NCBI GenBank assembly: GCA_013265495.1
Contig: MU058153.1
Location: 498,001 to 562,000, forward strand
DNA from: Vicugna vicugna
Taxonomy: Eukaryota
Reading direction: 5' to 3'
Length of the DNA stretch: 64,000 nt
Shown: piece after piece, positions 51,810 through 64,000 of the stretch
Numbering within the stretch: position 1 is the first letter of the stretch
Layout of the letters: the number at the start of each line of letters is the position of its first letter
Made by a program: the position numbers and the translations under genes
Notes under the pieces: model-generated
Told to the model about the DNA's origin: nothing
The model's input: the letters and a program-made list of their open reading frames with translations, nothing else
The model's database searches: none

Positions 51810-52216
51810 TCTTGGAGGAAAATAAAGCAGTCCAGGTCTGGAGGGACAGCACCTAGAACACCAGGAACACCAGGAATGATATATTGTATTATTCTCCTAT
51901 CTGTTGCGCCACCACTATCAACATAAAGCTTCCCTCACATGGCCCAAGATGGTTGTTTGAGCCCCAGTCATCAGTTTGTTTTTCTCCTGGAAAAAAAGAT
52001 AAGGACGGCAATGAAATTTAATGTCCCAGTGACACTTACTAAAATTGCATACCACCTCCCTCCCTTTATATCACATTACCTAAAACATATTTGTACGAAT
52101 ATACTTAGATGCGAGGGAGGCTATGAAAAGTAGACTTTATTAAGAATAGCCATGTGCCCAGCTAAAGAAGAAGGGGGGTGAATACTGAGGGGTAACCAGC
52201 AATGACTGTCACTGCA
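51810..52216 (-). mobile_element. MaLR LTR remnant (MLT1J-like)
   Basis: ctcacatggcccaagatggttg, agatgcgagggaggctatgaaaagtag, gccatgtgcccagctaaa. Confidence 0.7.
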
Positions 52217-54299
52217 TCCACGGTCTCAGGCTGTCTCCGTTATCACAAAGAAAACAGGACAAAGCAAATCACTGATCTCATCGGACAGTTTATTTTGATA
52301 ACTTACATAGAAGTCAGTTAGGAATTGCAATCCTTGGATACGAGGTTCAGCTCTGAATTTGGGCCTCTGGACGTGGAGATATGGCTGGACAATCAGAAGA
52401 TGGTTCAACATTGAAGGCAGCTTCTAGAAATTCTGTAATTCCTAGAGGCAAAATTCATTGTCCCTGGACCATTATGTTGGTTCATATTCTCCTCTAATTT
52501 TTGTTTTATGCTACAGTTTGATGATTTACTTTTAGTCTTCGTGGTCCTATAACCTACATTGGTGGTATCTCACTCTGCAATTCTTTCCTACTCTTATACA
52601 TACTACTACTAATAAATTAATGTTATTGCATCTCATACTACAGTGAAAGAACCAAGTTGTCTCAACTAATTGTTATGAGTGTCCCTTTTAGAGAATTGTT
52701 TCTGTTGTTTGTTTGTTTTTGATACCATGCCATTTTATCCATTCCTGGCCAGATTGTAGATTGGCTATGTGAATTACAGTCATTATGGTCCAGAGTGCCC
52801 ATGAAGAGAGGGGCAGGATCTTCTCTTTAGACCTATTCTTTCCAAATCTGATTGCACATTAAAATTACTTGTTAAGTTAACCATTAAATATACACTGTAG
52901 GTGCACAGCCAGATTTGGGAACTATGATATGACTTGAGATTTATGGGATCACTTAAGGCCACTTCCTTCATCAAGGAACTTCTGGTAAGAACCATCTTTC
53001 TGGCTCTTCAGGTGTGGTATGTTTTTTGAAAATGGTTTAGGATCCCTGTATGATGGGCTTACTGGTTTCTTGACTCATTTCTCACCACTGATCAGCTGAA
53101 ATGTTTTGTAAGTCCTCAATGTTTTTTTAGTTCACCAACCATCATTCTTTCTATTTGCCTTATTCAACTCATTCATCAAGACACTATTCAAGCATCACCA
53201 TTTCTTATAGCTCCTTCTTAGTGATATGGCTTCAGTGACGACTCCTGCTCTCCCGGGGTGTCCAGGGCCATCCTTTTAGCATCATGCTTGCCACACGCTA
53301 TTGTGATTGTTTGCATATACATCTCTTCCAGTTCACTGTGGACGACTTGAAGGTGAGTGGTCTCTAAAGAGGAACGTATGAGTATGTATATGTTTATTCA
53401 TAAAACCAAATTATCTCACCCTAGTGGATATATTATTCTAGGTGTCAGACCAATAACTCATTTTATTTAATACGTCTTGACTGGGATTCAGTACTCTACC
53501 CTAGCACTACTGCTGCCTCCTCCAGAAGTAGTCACAATTTTTGATCTACCGCCCGTTTCTTTGTCTGTCATTCATTTCTTCCCTCTCAAAGCCTAGTAAA
53601 AAACCTGGAATATAGGAAGAACTGAACAAATATTTGCTGAATGGATGTGTAAGCATGTATTTTTTTCAAATACCTGATGAAATCTTAAAGCCATGTTTAA
53701 TGTACAGGTTATACAACTCTATAAAAATAAATTCATTTTAATTCACTCTGCTCCCTTCAGCTGATATCTTTTGATGCCTTTCATGGGAAAATTGATGCAT
53801 TTCTCCATTGACTTATAGAATAAGAAGTTTTTTTTTTAAAGATAGCAAGGAGAAAAGGACTGTGAGAATAGAACAAATGTGTCAAAACATGCACTGTGCT
53901 TGGAGAAGGGATCTACAAAGATCAACGTGGCACCCCTCATCCTAGAGAAAATGGTTGGCAACTTTACTGAATACACTCTTCTTGGCCAACAAAGAGATTT
54001 AGATCTTCAACCATTGCAGCTGCGACTGTAACTGTGTGGGATGGGGTGGTGTCTGGGAAACTGTTTTAAAGGGTTTTTAACCAGGGAATCACCCACAATA
54101 TTTTGTTTAGAGTGATAAGGGTGATACATGACTGCAGTCAGGAGTTTCCTGGATATTTTCATTCTGGTGTTTGTCAAGCACCTACTTTAATTCATTAAGG
54201 ACAAAGTAGAAATTAATTTCCATCTCTCTTCCAAAATCGCCCTGTGTTTAAAAGTTTTTTTTTCAATATTATAAACAATGATCTAGTCTCCTGCAGTTG

Positions 54300-54620
54300 A
54301 AGTCTCGTCTAATTTTCTGCCTTGACTTCCCTGTCAGTGTCCTGCACCCTTTTTAAATAGACACTAAATTCTACTGATTCTCCTTTGAAAAATCTGTCTC
54401 AAATATTCCTCTCTAAACCCACTGCCATGGATTTAGTTCAAGTGCTGCTCGTCCCACATCACCAGCCTCCTAATTGAACACCCTGTCTGTAATCCCTGCC
54501 CGCATTCTAGTCTTTCTTGCTGCCACCCACCCTCAAAAGTGCCTCCCTGAAGTATTAAGATTATATTATCCACCTGCCTTCAAAACATGTTATCATACCA
54601 TTGCCTACAAGATACTGTCT
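54300..54620 (+). mobile_element. L2 LINE fragment
   Basis: cccactgccatggatttagttcaag...cagcctcctaattg...cattgcctacaagata. Confidence 0.6.
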
Positions 54621-55349
54621 AGTTTTCTACAAGGGAAAAAAAAAACATCCTCTATCAGTCAGTAAAGACATGTAGCCTCAGGGGTCAGTTTTGCACATAG
54701 TCATAAAATCTTTATATGCTTGAGGATAAACAACAGATTAGCCCAGTGCTACTACTATAAAGTAGTGCAATATGAACACATGTACCAACTGAGAATTTGC
54801 AGGAAATGAAGCAATTCTCTATAGAATTAAATGCTGTAATGTTAGACTGTTAAGTTTAAGACGAAAAGTATTAGTTCATGATGCTCTGTGGTACTGGTCA
54901 TTTTCTTTCTCCTCAGAGGAATACAGAGAAAAAAACACAGAACCACAGCACTTTATACACTAGGGTGATTTCTGTTGCTTCCATTGAAACTTTGATTGTC
55001 AGGACTCTGGAAAATCCATCCTAGTGCTCTGTACAGTAGTTGTTCACACCTTGATAAAGGAGATGGAGAGACTAGTCAGTCTGTGAGGAACAGCATGCTC
55101 TAGGTGGAAAAGAAAGTGTACAATAAACCAAAATAATGAAAAATCTAGCTAAAGAAATGGTGGAAACTTAATACTAGAGAAATATTTCCAGTGCAAGGTG
55201 GGCACAATAATCATATACTTGACTGAAGAAAAGAAATTGAGGATCAAATTAAAATGATATCTCAGTGAACATTTTAACTAATTCATTCATTCATTCATTA
55301 AAAGAATAAAAAGTAAATCATAAACAGAGATAGGACCAAAGTCTTTACT

Positions 55350-55513
55350 TCAGACAATAGAATTGTACTAATGTTGATGTCTTGGTTTTGGTAATTGTAT
55401 CATGGTTATATACATTCACAGCACGAGGGGAAACTGTGAGGGTTAATGGGAATGCTCTATACTGTTTTTGCAATTCCTCTGTAAGTCTAAACTTATTTCA
55501 AAATAAAAAGTTA
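55350..55513 (+). mobile_element. L1MC/L1MD-like 3' end
   Basis: tggttttggtaattgtatcatggtta...ctctatactgtttttgcaattcctctgtaagtctaaacttatttcaaaataaaaagtt. Confidence 0.75.
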
Positions 55514-55603
55514 GAAAGTAAGTCAGTCTTGAAAAAGCATGCATGACGTCTGTTTTTTTTTTTGTCCAGCTGTACATTTTTATCATTACTGCTAGGTTAG
55601 TGT

Positions 55604-56112
55604 TTTTTGTTTTGTTTTGATTTTTTATTGAAGTATAGTCATTTACAATGTTATGTTAATTTCTGGTATGCGGCATAATGGTTCATTTATACATATATAT
55701 TCATTTTCATACTATTTTTCATTATAGGCTATTACAAGGTATTGAATACAGTTCCTTGTGCTATACAGTAGGACCTTGTTGTTTATTTTATTTAATTAAT
55801 TTATTTTTTAATTGACGTATAGTCAGTTACAATGTGTCAATTTCTGGTGTACAGCATAATGTTTCAGTCATACATATACATACATATATCCATTTTCATT
55901 TTTTTTCATTAAAGGTTACTGCAAGATTGAATATAGTTCCCTGTGATATGCAGAATAAAATTTTTTTAATCTATTTATATATGTAGTAGTTCATATTTGC
56001 AAATCTCGAACTTTCAATTTATCCCTTCCCACCCCTTTCCTCCTGGTTACCATAAGACTGTACACTATGTCTGTGAGTCTGTTTCTGTTTTGGAGATGAG
56101 TTCATTTGTGCC
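55604..56112 (-). mobile_element. Two head-to-tail artiodactyl/camelid L1 3' ends (about 55604-55790 and 55795-56112)
   Basis: The attga(a/c)gtatagtca..ttacaatg...aatttctggt terminal motif occurs twice. Confidence 0.85.
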
Positions 56113-56619
56113 ATGACATTTTAATCTCTGAGTACCACCTTGGGGTTACCAGCATGTTCTGGTACCTGAGTGCTACCTGTATTTATTGTCCAATTTCCTT
56201 CTTTTTTCTCTGGAAACATGTAATTAATTACAAAATAATTGGCCACAAGGTTGAGTGAAGAGTAATTTTCTTTCATTGTGTATGTTTTATTTTTTTGATT
56301 TACAAAAGACTAAGGGAGGATGCTGTGATAGCAGTTTCTTGAAAGTTAAGTGTGATGTTATACACATTTCTTTTCTAAAGAATATTATATAGGCTTCCAA
56401 CCCAAGAGAGAACACAGTACATTGGAACAGAGAATTTTCAGTCAAGTGACCTAGATTTTGTGACTGGGGACATATCTTATCATTATAACTTAAAAGGATT
56501 GGAAAGCCTTATAAACCCATTGACTCTAGTGGTTTCTAAAGGCTGACCTAAGAACTGGTGCTAGTCTCTGACAAAGATGTATTGGCTAGTAGGGACCTTA
56601 TCTTCCCTGTTAGATACTT

Positions 56620-57480
56620 GCTTTTTATTTGATTTTTTTTCTCTTCTAAATAGCTTTTCTTCAACTTTCTTTTCTAGCATTCCTTTGTTTATTTCATAAC
56701 TTCCAAATTTTTAGGATTTAAATTTTTTTTCCCTAATGCATACCAGGCTATAAATATCCCTCTAAGTAACATTTAGCTGCATCCCACAGTTTTCATAGGT
56801 ATGTTTTCTTAATCATTAGGTCCTAAATATTCTCATTATTATACTGTTTTCATTTTTCCTTGACCAGTGAATTATTCATTCAAGTATTTCTGAAATTCTA
56901 AACATTTTTCTAGTTATTTCTACTTAATAATGTCATTGTACTGTGGAGAGAAATCTTTGTAGTCTGTATTCTACCCAGTTTTCAAAATTTATTGAGATTT
57001 GTCTTGTAGCCCAACAGATTAGTAAATGCCATTAAGTGTACATGTGTGCTTGAAAAGAATGTGTATTCTACAGTTATTGGGTGCAGCAATTATAAAGTCC
57101 ATTAGAGCAAATGTGTTTATCATGTTCTTTAAATTAAACAGGTAAATTTTTTTTGATCTTTCAATTACTGAGAGAAGGATAAGAGCATCTCCAAATTGAC
57201 AGCACATTTGATTATTTCTCCTTTTAGTTCTCTGGGATTATATGTATATAATTTACATGTATTCATATGTGTAAATATGTGTATGAATATGCATACATGA
57301 ATATTATGTGTATAATATGCTTGTGTATATGTAAGTGTGGGATTAGATTCATACAAGTTTATAATTTTATATCTTCCTGGACAATTATATACCAACTCTT
57401 TTTAGTTCTAATAATGCTTTTTGCCTTAAAATCTATTTTGCTTGATCATACAAAAACTATACAAGCTTGCTTTTTGATAT
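56620..57480 (-). mobile_element. Old L1 (L1M5-like) ORF2 endonuclease-region remnant
   Basis: gctataaatatccctctaag..ttagctgcatcccaca, tgcttgaaaagaatgtgtattct, tcaattactgagaga. Confidence 0.8.
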
Positions 57481-57976
57481 CAAAATGCAAATGAATCAGT
57501 TTAATTATAATATTACAGATAACACTAGCATTTAATATAATATGGCTAGGGATTTTCCAGTCAACCAACAATGAAAGTATTCAACAAACATGAAGTGCCA
57601 CCTGAGCACTTAAAAGTATGTGTGTCGAATGCACAAGTGTTATCACATTACTATTAAATTTAAGATATCATATAAGTTAAACACACAGGAGATTTTTTTG
57701 ATTAAATGTATCTCTCCACCCAGGATAATGCATTGAGAAGTAATAATCTTATTGGTATTTTTTACCTATAAGAATTCTGACAAGATAAGTTTTACTGTTT
57801 TCCTTTAACATCAATTTGTCAACTTATTAGTTGTTCTATTATTAAGTCTACAGGCATATATTCTTCTGTTGTATGAGGTCTTAAGTCAGATGCAAAAGAT
57901 ATTCATATAGTGCCTGTTTTTAATTCTACCACTCAAATAAATGAATGAAACAGAAAAGATAAAAATATATTGAGTT

Positions 57977-58092
57977 GGGTAGGGTATAGCTCAGTGGTAG
58001 AGTCCACGCTTAGCATGCATGAAATCCTGGGTTCAATCTCCAGTACCTCCATTAAAAAACAAATTAATTAATTAATCTAATTACACACCCCA
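57977..58092 (+). mobile_element. tRNA-Ala-derived camelid SINE (vic-1 type)
   Basis: gggtatagctcagtggtagagtccacgcttagcatgcatgaaatcctgggttcaatctccagtacctcca plus ttaaaaaac..aatctaattac tail; A box tagctcagtgg, B box ggttcaatc. Confidence 0.92.
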
Positions 58093-58093
58093 G

Positions 58094-58176
58094 TATATAT
58101 ATATGTATATATATACACACACATATATATATACTGATTTATATATATATAATATACACATATATATATATACCGG

Positions 58177-58223
<47 letters not shown>

Positions 58224-58283
58224 TGATTTTTATATATAATGTATATATACTGATTTATATATATAATATACATAGATATATAA
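58094..58283. repeat. Compound (TA)n/(CA)n microsatellite with repeated actgattt spacer
   Basis: Read directly; actgattt occurs three times. Confidence 0.95.
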
Positions 58284-58624
58284 ATCAAAGATACTAGCAT
58301 ACCTTATATTAGGCTTAAATGAGTACTGAAAAATATTTGCTACCTCCTAATGAATTACTCATAGACAAATTAGTATATTTTAATATGATTTTAAATGTTT
58401 CAAATCATATATCACAGTGTTCTTCATGAATATATTATAAAATAGGATCATGTTTCTCTTATATCCAGACTATGGCTTTACATTTAAAGATAAAGATAAA
58501 CCTCTATGGTTCTTTCATCTCTTATAATGTATATAAATGATGCCCACACACACAACTAAAGTCTATAATGGGTAGATAAATACTGAATGCCAGGGCAGAG
58601 TCAAGGTCAAAAAGCACAAAAACT

Positions 58625-59830
58625 TGATCTACTTCCTATTTTCCTTCAACCATGTCACAATTTTGTTTTGTTTGTATTTTCCTGGCATCTCTTTTCAATC
58701 TTTTTTCCTTTAAAACGTCAACTTCCTTCTGTTTTAAGCATGTCTCTTGTAAACAACACAGTTGGATTTTGTTTTTCCCTAGTCTAGCTGTCTGTGTTTT
58801 ATCTGGATACTGAATCAATTTACATTTGTTGCAATTTCTTAAATGACTAGATTTATTTCTACCATCAAATTCTCTACTCTTCATTTGTCCTGGTTTTTGA
58901 GTCTGTATTTTTTTTTCTCCTCCATTATTTCTTTCAACTGTTTTATTTTGATCTGGATTGATTTTCAATTGATACTATTCCATATTTTCATATCTATTGG
59001 TTTTGATTTTATGTGATCTATAGTTTAATGGTTACCTTATAAATTTTAAATTATATGCATATCAGTTTTGAAGCAATTCAATATCATTACTATCCATCCA
59101 AACAATGAAAGACCTTATAGTATTATAACTCAGGCCAACCCATTATGATAGTTATGGCCATGTATTTTAGTTTATCATTATCTTTATAAGTCCACAACAA
59201 ACACATTTGTTTTATATGGTTATGATTTGTTAGTTTTACTTACATATTTTCAAGTTTATTTAATCTTCATTTCTTCATTCAAATCTCAGATCTTTCATAT
59301 AAAATAACTTTCTTTGCACCTGAAGTTCATTATTAATGAATTAATTGATTCAAAAATATTTATTGAAAGCTTGTTACATCTCCCTAAATATGGCTAATAT
59401 AATTGCAGCATATTAAAAATGTAGATAAAAATCTTTGTCTATTCTTTAGAGGTTTTTAAAGTGATAATCACTTTGTGGCAAAGCAGATATTATGACCTAA
59501 AAATGTTTTCTTTCTTTGACCCTTATTTTCTAAAAGATATTCCTCTAAGATAATGGCTACAACCTCTAAAAATTTTAAAAAATGTTATTGTCTTTGGTTA
59601 TCTCTACTTTCACTATAATGCATTTATTTGTGTCTTTTCTGTTTGGAATTTGTTAGACATTCTGTGGATTGTTGTTTTTCATTAGTTATAAAGAATTGCC
59701 AGTTATTACCTGTTTAAATATCATGTTTATCCCATATTATGTCTTTCATGTTTAACAGTTTTTCTATTCTGTACTGATTATGGAATATACCATTATACCT
59801 TTCATTTTTACTATTTCTTTCATTTGCTCT
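58625..59830 (-). mobile_element. Old L1 remnant: ORF2 endonuclease N-terminus and upstream region
   Basis: ORF 58636..58968 contains IQLCCLQETCLK, the L1 APE-endonuclease CCLQETH motif; remainder heavily decayed. Confidence 0.75.
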
Positions 59831-59954
59831 ATGAATTCATTAATACTCTGTGTGCATTCATATATATGAGAGAGAGAAAGGGGGAGAGAGAAGGAGTTCT
59901 ATGGGAAGCCCCACGGAAGTAGATGCAAGACTCTGTCTGCTGTCTTACACTCCC

Positions 59955-60324
59955 TGCTATGGTCCTAACATTTGGGTCTCCAGAATTCCTGTGTTGAAAT
60001 CCTGACCCCCAAGGTGGAGTATTAGAAGTGACTCTTTGGAAGGTGGCTAGGTCATGAGTGTGCAGTCCTCATGAATGGGATGAGAGCCTTTATAAGAAGC
60101 CCCAAAGAGCTGACTAGTCCCTCTACCGTACGAAGACACAGTGATATAATGTATATGAACTATAATGGACTATGAACCAGGAAGAGAGCCCTCCCTCACA
60201 GGAATGCAGCTGTGCTGGTGACTTGACTTGAGATTTCCCAGCCTCCCTAACTGTGAGGAACAAATTGTTGATAAGCTTCCCCGGCTGCAGTATTTTACTG
60301 GAGCAGTCCAAATGGACTCAGACA
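59955..60324 (+). mobile_element. MLT1A-like solo LTR
   Basis: tgctatggtc...tgttgaaatcctgacccccaaggt...cctcatgaatgggat...aaatggactcagaca; TG..CA ends; flanks ctccc and ctctc (4/5 match, 5-bp TSD). Confidence 0.9.
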
Positions 60325-63300
60325 CTCTCCTTAAGGTTGTGAATCTGAGGCTTAAATGAAATGGAGTTGGCATATTCCCTCCAAATCTAAGCCAGCTTAA
60401 GTATTTTATTTTTTAACTCATTGGTTTTTTCTTTCATTTAGCCTTTGTCCTGGTTACCTTTCTGCTGGTTTATGAATGCACTTTAATAGCTCTTTCTTTT
60501 AATTGACCCAGTTGTTTTTGATGTTCATTTCTCTCTCTATATTTAAGATACCTATCTAAGGATTAAAGACATGGAGGAATTTTCCTAGCTTACCTGTATA
60601 TTTCAGCATCCTTCACTTTCTTAAGTCATTGAATCTGTTTTATGTGCAGCCACAGCTCCAACTGAAGAAAAGTTTCTATCTACATGTCATATTTTCTGTC
60701 AGTATGATAAGGAATATCAAATGAGACACAGAAGAGGGAGAATTTCCCCTCTAATCAATAAGCAAAGCATAAACACATTCGCCCTCCAGAAAAACTGATT
60801 CATCTTTTTCAGGTAGCTGAACTATGCACTGTGCAATTCTCTCTTTTAGGAGATGTCAATTTACAATGCAAAATATCTAGTCTGTTTATGAAAAGGGCCT
60901 CAGTTGAAAAATGCTTCCTCTATTCACAAGGATCCGTTATAAATAAAGATTTTATTTTTTAATTGTCTACCTTAATCCCAGGCTTCCTCAACCCTGAATC
61001 ACCCCATGTCAGCCTTGCCCCTCAGTTAATACCCATCTTTAAAATTTCCCAAAGCACAATGACCTTGTCTTCTGGATGTCGCTCAGGAGCAATAGTTGTG
61101 TGTGCATGTGTGTGTGTGTATGTGAATCTCTAAATGATGAACCATGGGACATCGCAGGGTGACTGATTTCACTTTGAACTTCACTGTTGGAAAGAAGGAA
61201 ACCCAGCTGGTTTTAGACAGCAAGACTAAGGAGAGAAGTGATTTTCACATTAAGAATAATTAGAAGGACATCGATCTCACTGAATTACTTCAATGAGTAT
61301 TCAAATTACTGTTCAGTGTTTATTCTTTCTTTTGAATTCTTTATTTGTTAGGCTTATTTTTGTATCTCTACTAGTATGTACTCAGGCCAGGGACTCTGAG
61401 GCAGGACGGTCAGGAAACAATTCCAAAATAAGTGACCATGTATCTTATTAATTTGGGGGATAGACCTGAATATAGAAAACTATAAACAGTGGCCTCATGT
61501 GGACTTAAGTCTAGTGAAAGGATCTTTAACCACTGTTCAGCAATGTAGCTATTTTATTCAACTGAACTTTATTTATATGATTTATGCAAAATGCCCAACG
61601 TTAAAATCTTTCTGAGGAAACTGAAGGCAATCAATCCTCTTCAGCCTCTGACTTCCTGCTAATTACCAGTACCACTGGACATCACCCTGTTGGCTTAAGA
61701 AATTGTATCTCTGAATTTTATTTCTACCACTCACTCTGTGATTGTACTCATGGTTCATGTGAATACAGAGCTCTACAGGAAGGACTGGTAACCATGGTGA
61801 TGGGAGGGTGCTTTCTGCACTAACTCCACTGTACAAAATAATTTATGCATGAATGTAAAATCACAGATGTTTTGAACCATATGCAGACTATATTTAACTA
61901 CAGTGCAAGTGACAAGTTACTTGGGAGTTACTAATCCAAAGGAGGTGAGCCCTAGTCAGATAATAATACTTCCCTCTTCTCCTCAGTGGTGTAGTAGAAG
62001 CCTCCTGGGCCCAGGGTCCCACCGCTTTGGGGAATAAATGTGTTACTGTGTTGAATGTATGTGTTAATGTGTATATGTGAGTGTGTGTGTGTACACTCAA
62101 CAGTGCGGTATATGGAAGGAAATGTACAGAAAGGAATACACTGAAAAGATGATAAGGGAAAAGAAAGAAAGGCAATGTGATTTAAAAAAAAAGTCTTATT
62201 GACCCTTTTTCTTATATAGTCTATTCCTAAGAGTCTTGGTGTACAGAAATATTGACTTTTAGGGATATCACTGATTTTTTAACTTTAATTTAGGAACAAT
62301 AAATATTTCTAATTTAATTTTAACCTAGAAGTTAGTGCCTTGGTTATTGGGAATAGCTCTTAGGCTGTTACGTTTGCAACTCAATGAAATCATTTATCTT
62401 CATAACAATCTTTTAAAAGGTTGAATTGTATTTTGTATAGTCTGAAACCCAAGTAAATATTGAATACATGTTTGAAATATTCATATCCAAAACTTATATT
62501 CTTTTTGGCCTCAGTTCTTAAAGGTATAAATCCTTAGTTACCCCAAATCATGTGCTTACCCCACATGCACTTTTACCAGAGTTGGCTTCAGAGGTTACAT
62601 AGCCTTAAGAAATAAATAACTATGAAATTTCTGCTCTCCACCTGTAAAAATAAATGCTGCATTTGAACAGGATTTCTAAAAGAGAAGCTCTTAGAAATCA
62701 CAAAATTAACGCAATACTTTGTGGAAAAGAGCTATTTTCAGTACCACTGGCCTTTTAGTCTTTAGAGGCAAAAGAAAGGAATGTGAAATGGAAAAGAAAA
62801 CAGTTTGCATTTGCTGTGAAATTTCTCATTCCTCAGGGCATGATGGACCCAGGATTGCCTCTTTCTTCATTCCCCTGTCCTTTATCTTTTAGTAGAATGT
62901 GACATCTGCCTCTTTTAGATTAAAGTCTTCCTGGACTTTTGTCCCTCACCTCACTTCTCTGCTTAACACCTTTTGTATTGCTTTCCCCACTCTCATTTTA
63001 ATATAAATTGCCTCACTGGTAATGAAATACATTTCTTCAGATCCAAGGGAGACTCACCTTAAGCAATTGTTTTTCCCTCCTTGGTGCCCTCCTTCTGTGG
63101 AAGCACTGATGTGCAATTAAACGTTAACAGAGAGCCTCAACATTAACCAGACTAAAATCTAATAGAAGGAATAGAAGGGGGTTATTCCACAGTTAAGGAG
63201 GGCAGTTGCCTTTTGGCACATCGAGTGTTGCTCTGAGTATGGATAGGGTGCTCTCAAATGAGAAAAAGCTGAACATTTGCAGTTATGGTAAAGCCACTGA

Positions 63301-64000
63301 GTGGCATTAGAGACAATAGACCTTGACTAGGATAGATAGTGGGTTCCCAGCAGGCCACGCCAAGGCATATGACACCACAATTGGTCAAAAATCTCAGAGT
63401 TTTCCAGATGGTTCTGACAACTGTCAATTTCAATTCTGTATGTTCGGAGAAATCACCTAACTTTTCCACTCTGGGTTGAGAAATTCTGCTTTCTGACACT
63501 TACTCCTGAGATTCAGTTTGGTCTGTCCTCTTCAATGGTTTTATACCGCGCCACGGAAAAGTAGTAGATGTGAAAATACTTAGCAACAAGCTTCTCTCCC
63601 TCACTTGTCCACCTCCTCTTCCTGTCCCTCCTGAGAAATATGACCAGGTGATGCGGTGCTGCCGTGAATCTGCTCATGTAAACACAGTAGCATTCTGTCT
63701 TCACTACAGCGCAGGCTGTTTACTAGATCATTGAAACACATGATCTCGAGAAAGAGAACCTTTTGTTAGTGCTCAAGGAGTCTGGAAGCTCCCTTTGTGC
63801 ATGTGTGGGTGGCTTTGTGTCTCTTGCTGTCAGTTTAAATGTGGACCTTAGCCTAGTGCTCAACACATAATAGTTATTAATAAATATTTGTTGGAAGAAT
63901 GAAGAAAAGGATGAGAACTCAATGGGTTGTTAAGTTGAAGAGAAATGTCATTTTGCATATGCTTTTCCTGAAACCCTATGGCACATTAATCACGGAGGTA

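Noticed and set aside
57982..58051. tRNA-Ala gene (also the copy at about 51595-51667)
   Set aside because: Stem mismatches and a shared SINE-specific tail show these are SINE heads, not tRNA genes
48..63704. ORF track entries as protein-coding genes
   Set aside because: All are short, many use non-ATG starts or run through microsatellites and repeats, and none resembles a protein I recognise except decayed L1 pieces (about 30111-30825, 47904-48185, 58636-58968)
1..64000. CRISPR array, operon, NUMT, endogenous virus ORFs, snRNA/rRNA copies or processed pseudogene
   Set aside because: No regularly spaced repeat-spacer array, long ORF or recognisable mitochondrial, viral or structural RNA sequence was seen by eye; highly decayed copies could be missed without a database search

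Overview
Non-coding, repeat-rich mammalian DNA with no protein-coding exon, RNA gene, CpG island or prokaryote-type system that I can support. Two tRNA-Ala-derived SINEs of the vic-1 type and several artiodactyl-type L1 3' ends point to a camelid genome. The window is a mosaic of old eutherian repeats (MIR, L2, MaLR MLT1 LTRs, Tigger and hAT MITEs, L1M) and microsatellites. Several repeat-free blocks rich in homeodomain motifs look like conserved non-coding elements, which suggests a large intron or gene desert near a developmental or neuronal gene that I cannot name. The ORF track is noise apart from decayed L1 fragments. The best sequence-level observations are: a chimeric L1 inside one perfect 12-bp target-site duplication (TSD); a doubly deleted L1 with a 17-bp TSD; a perfect 23-bp inverted repeat grown out of a MIR; a diverged direct repeat pair 1.1 kb apart; two unidentified inserts splitting old repeats; and two amniote-type SINE tails in apparently unique DNA. 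I found no convincing new biological system. Repeat family names come from recalled consensus sequences, and their boundaries are approximate.
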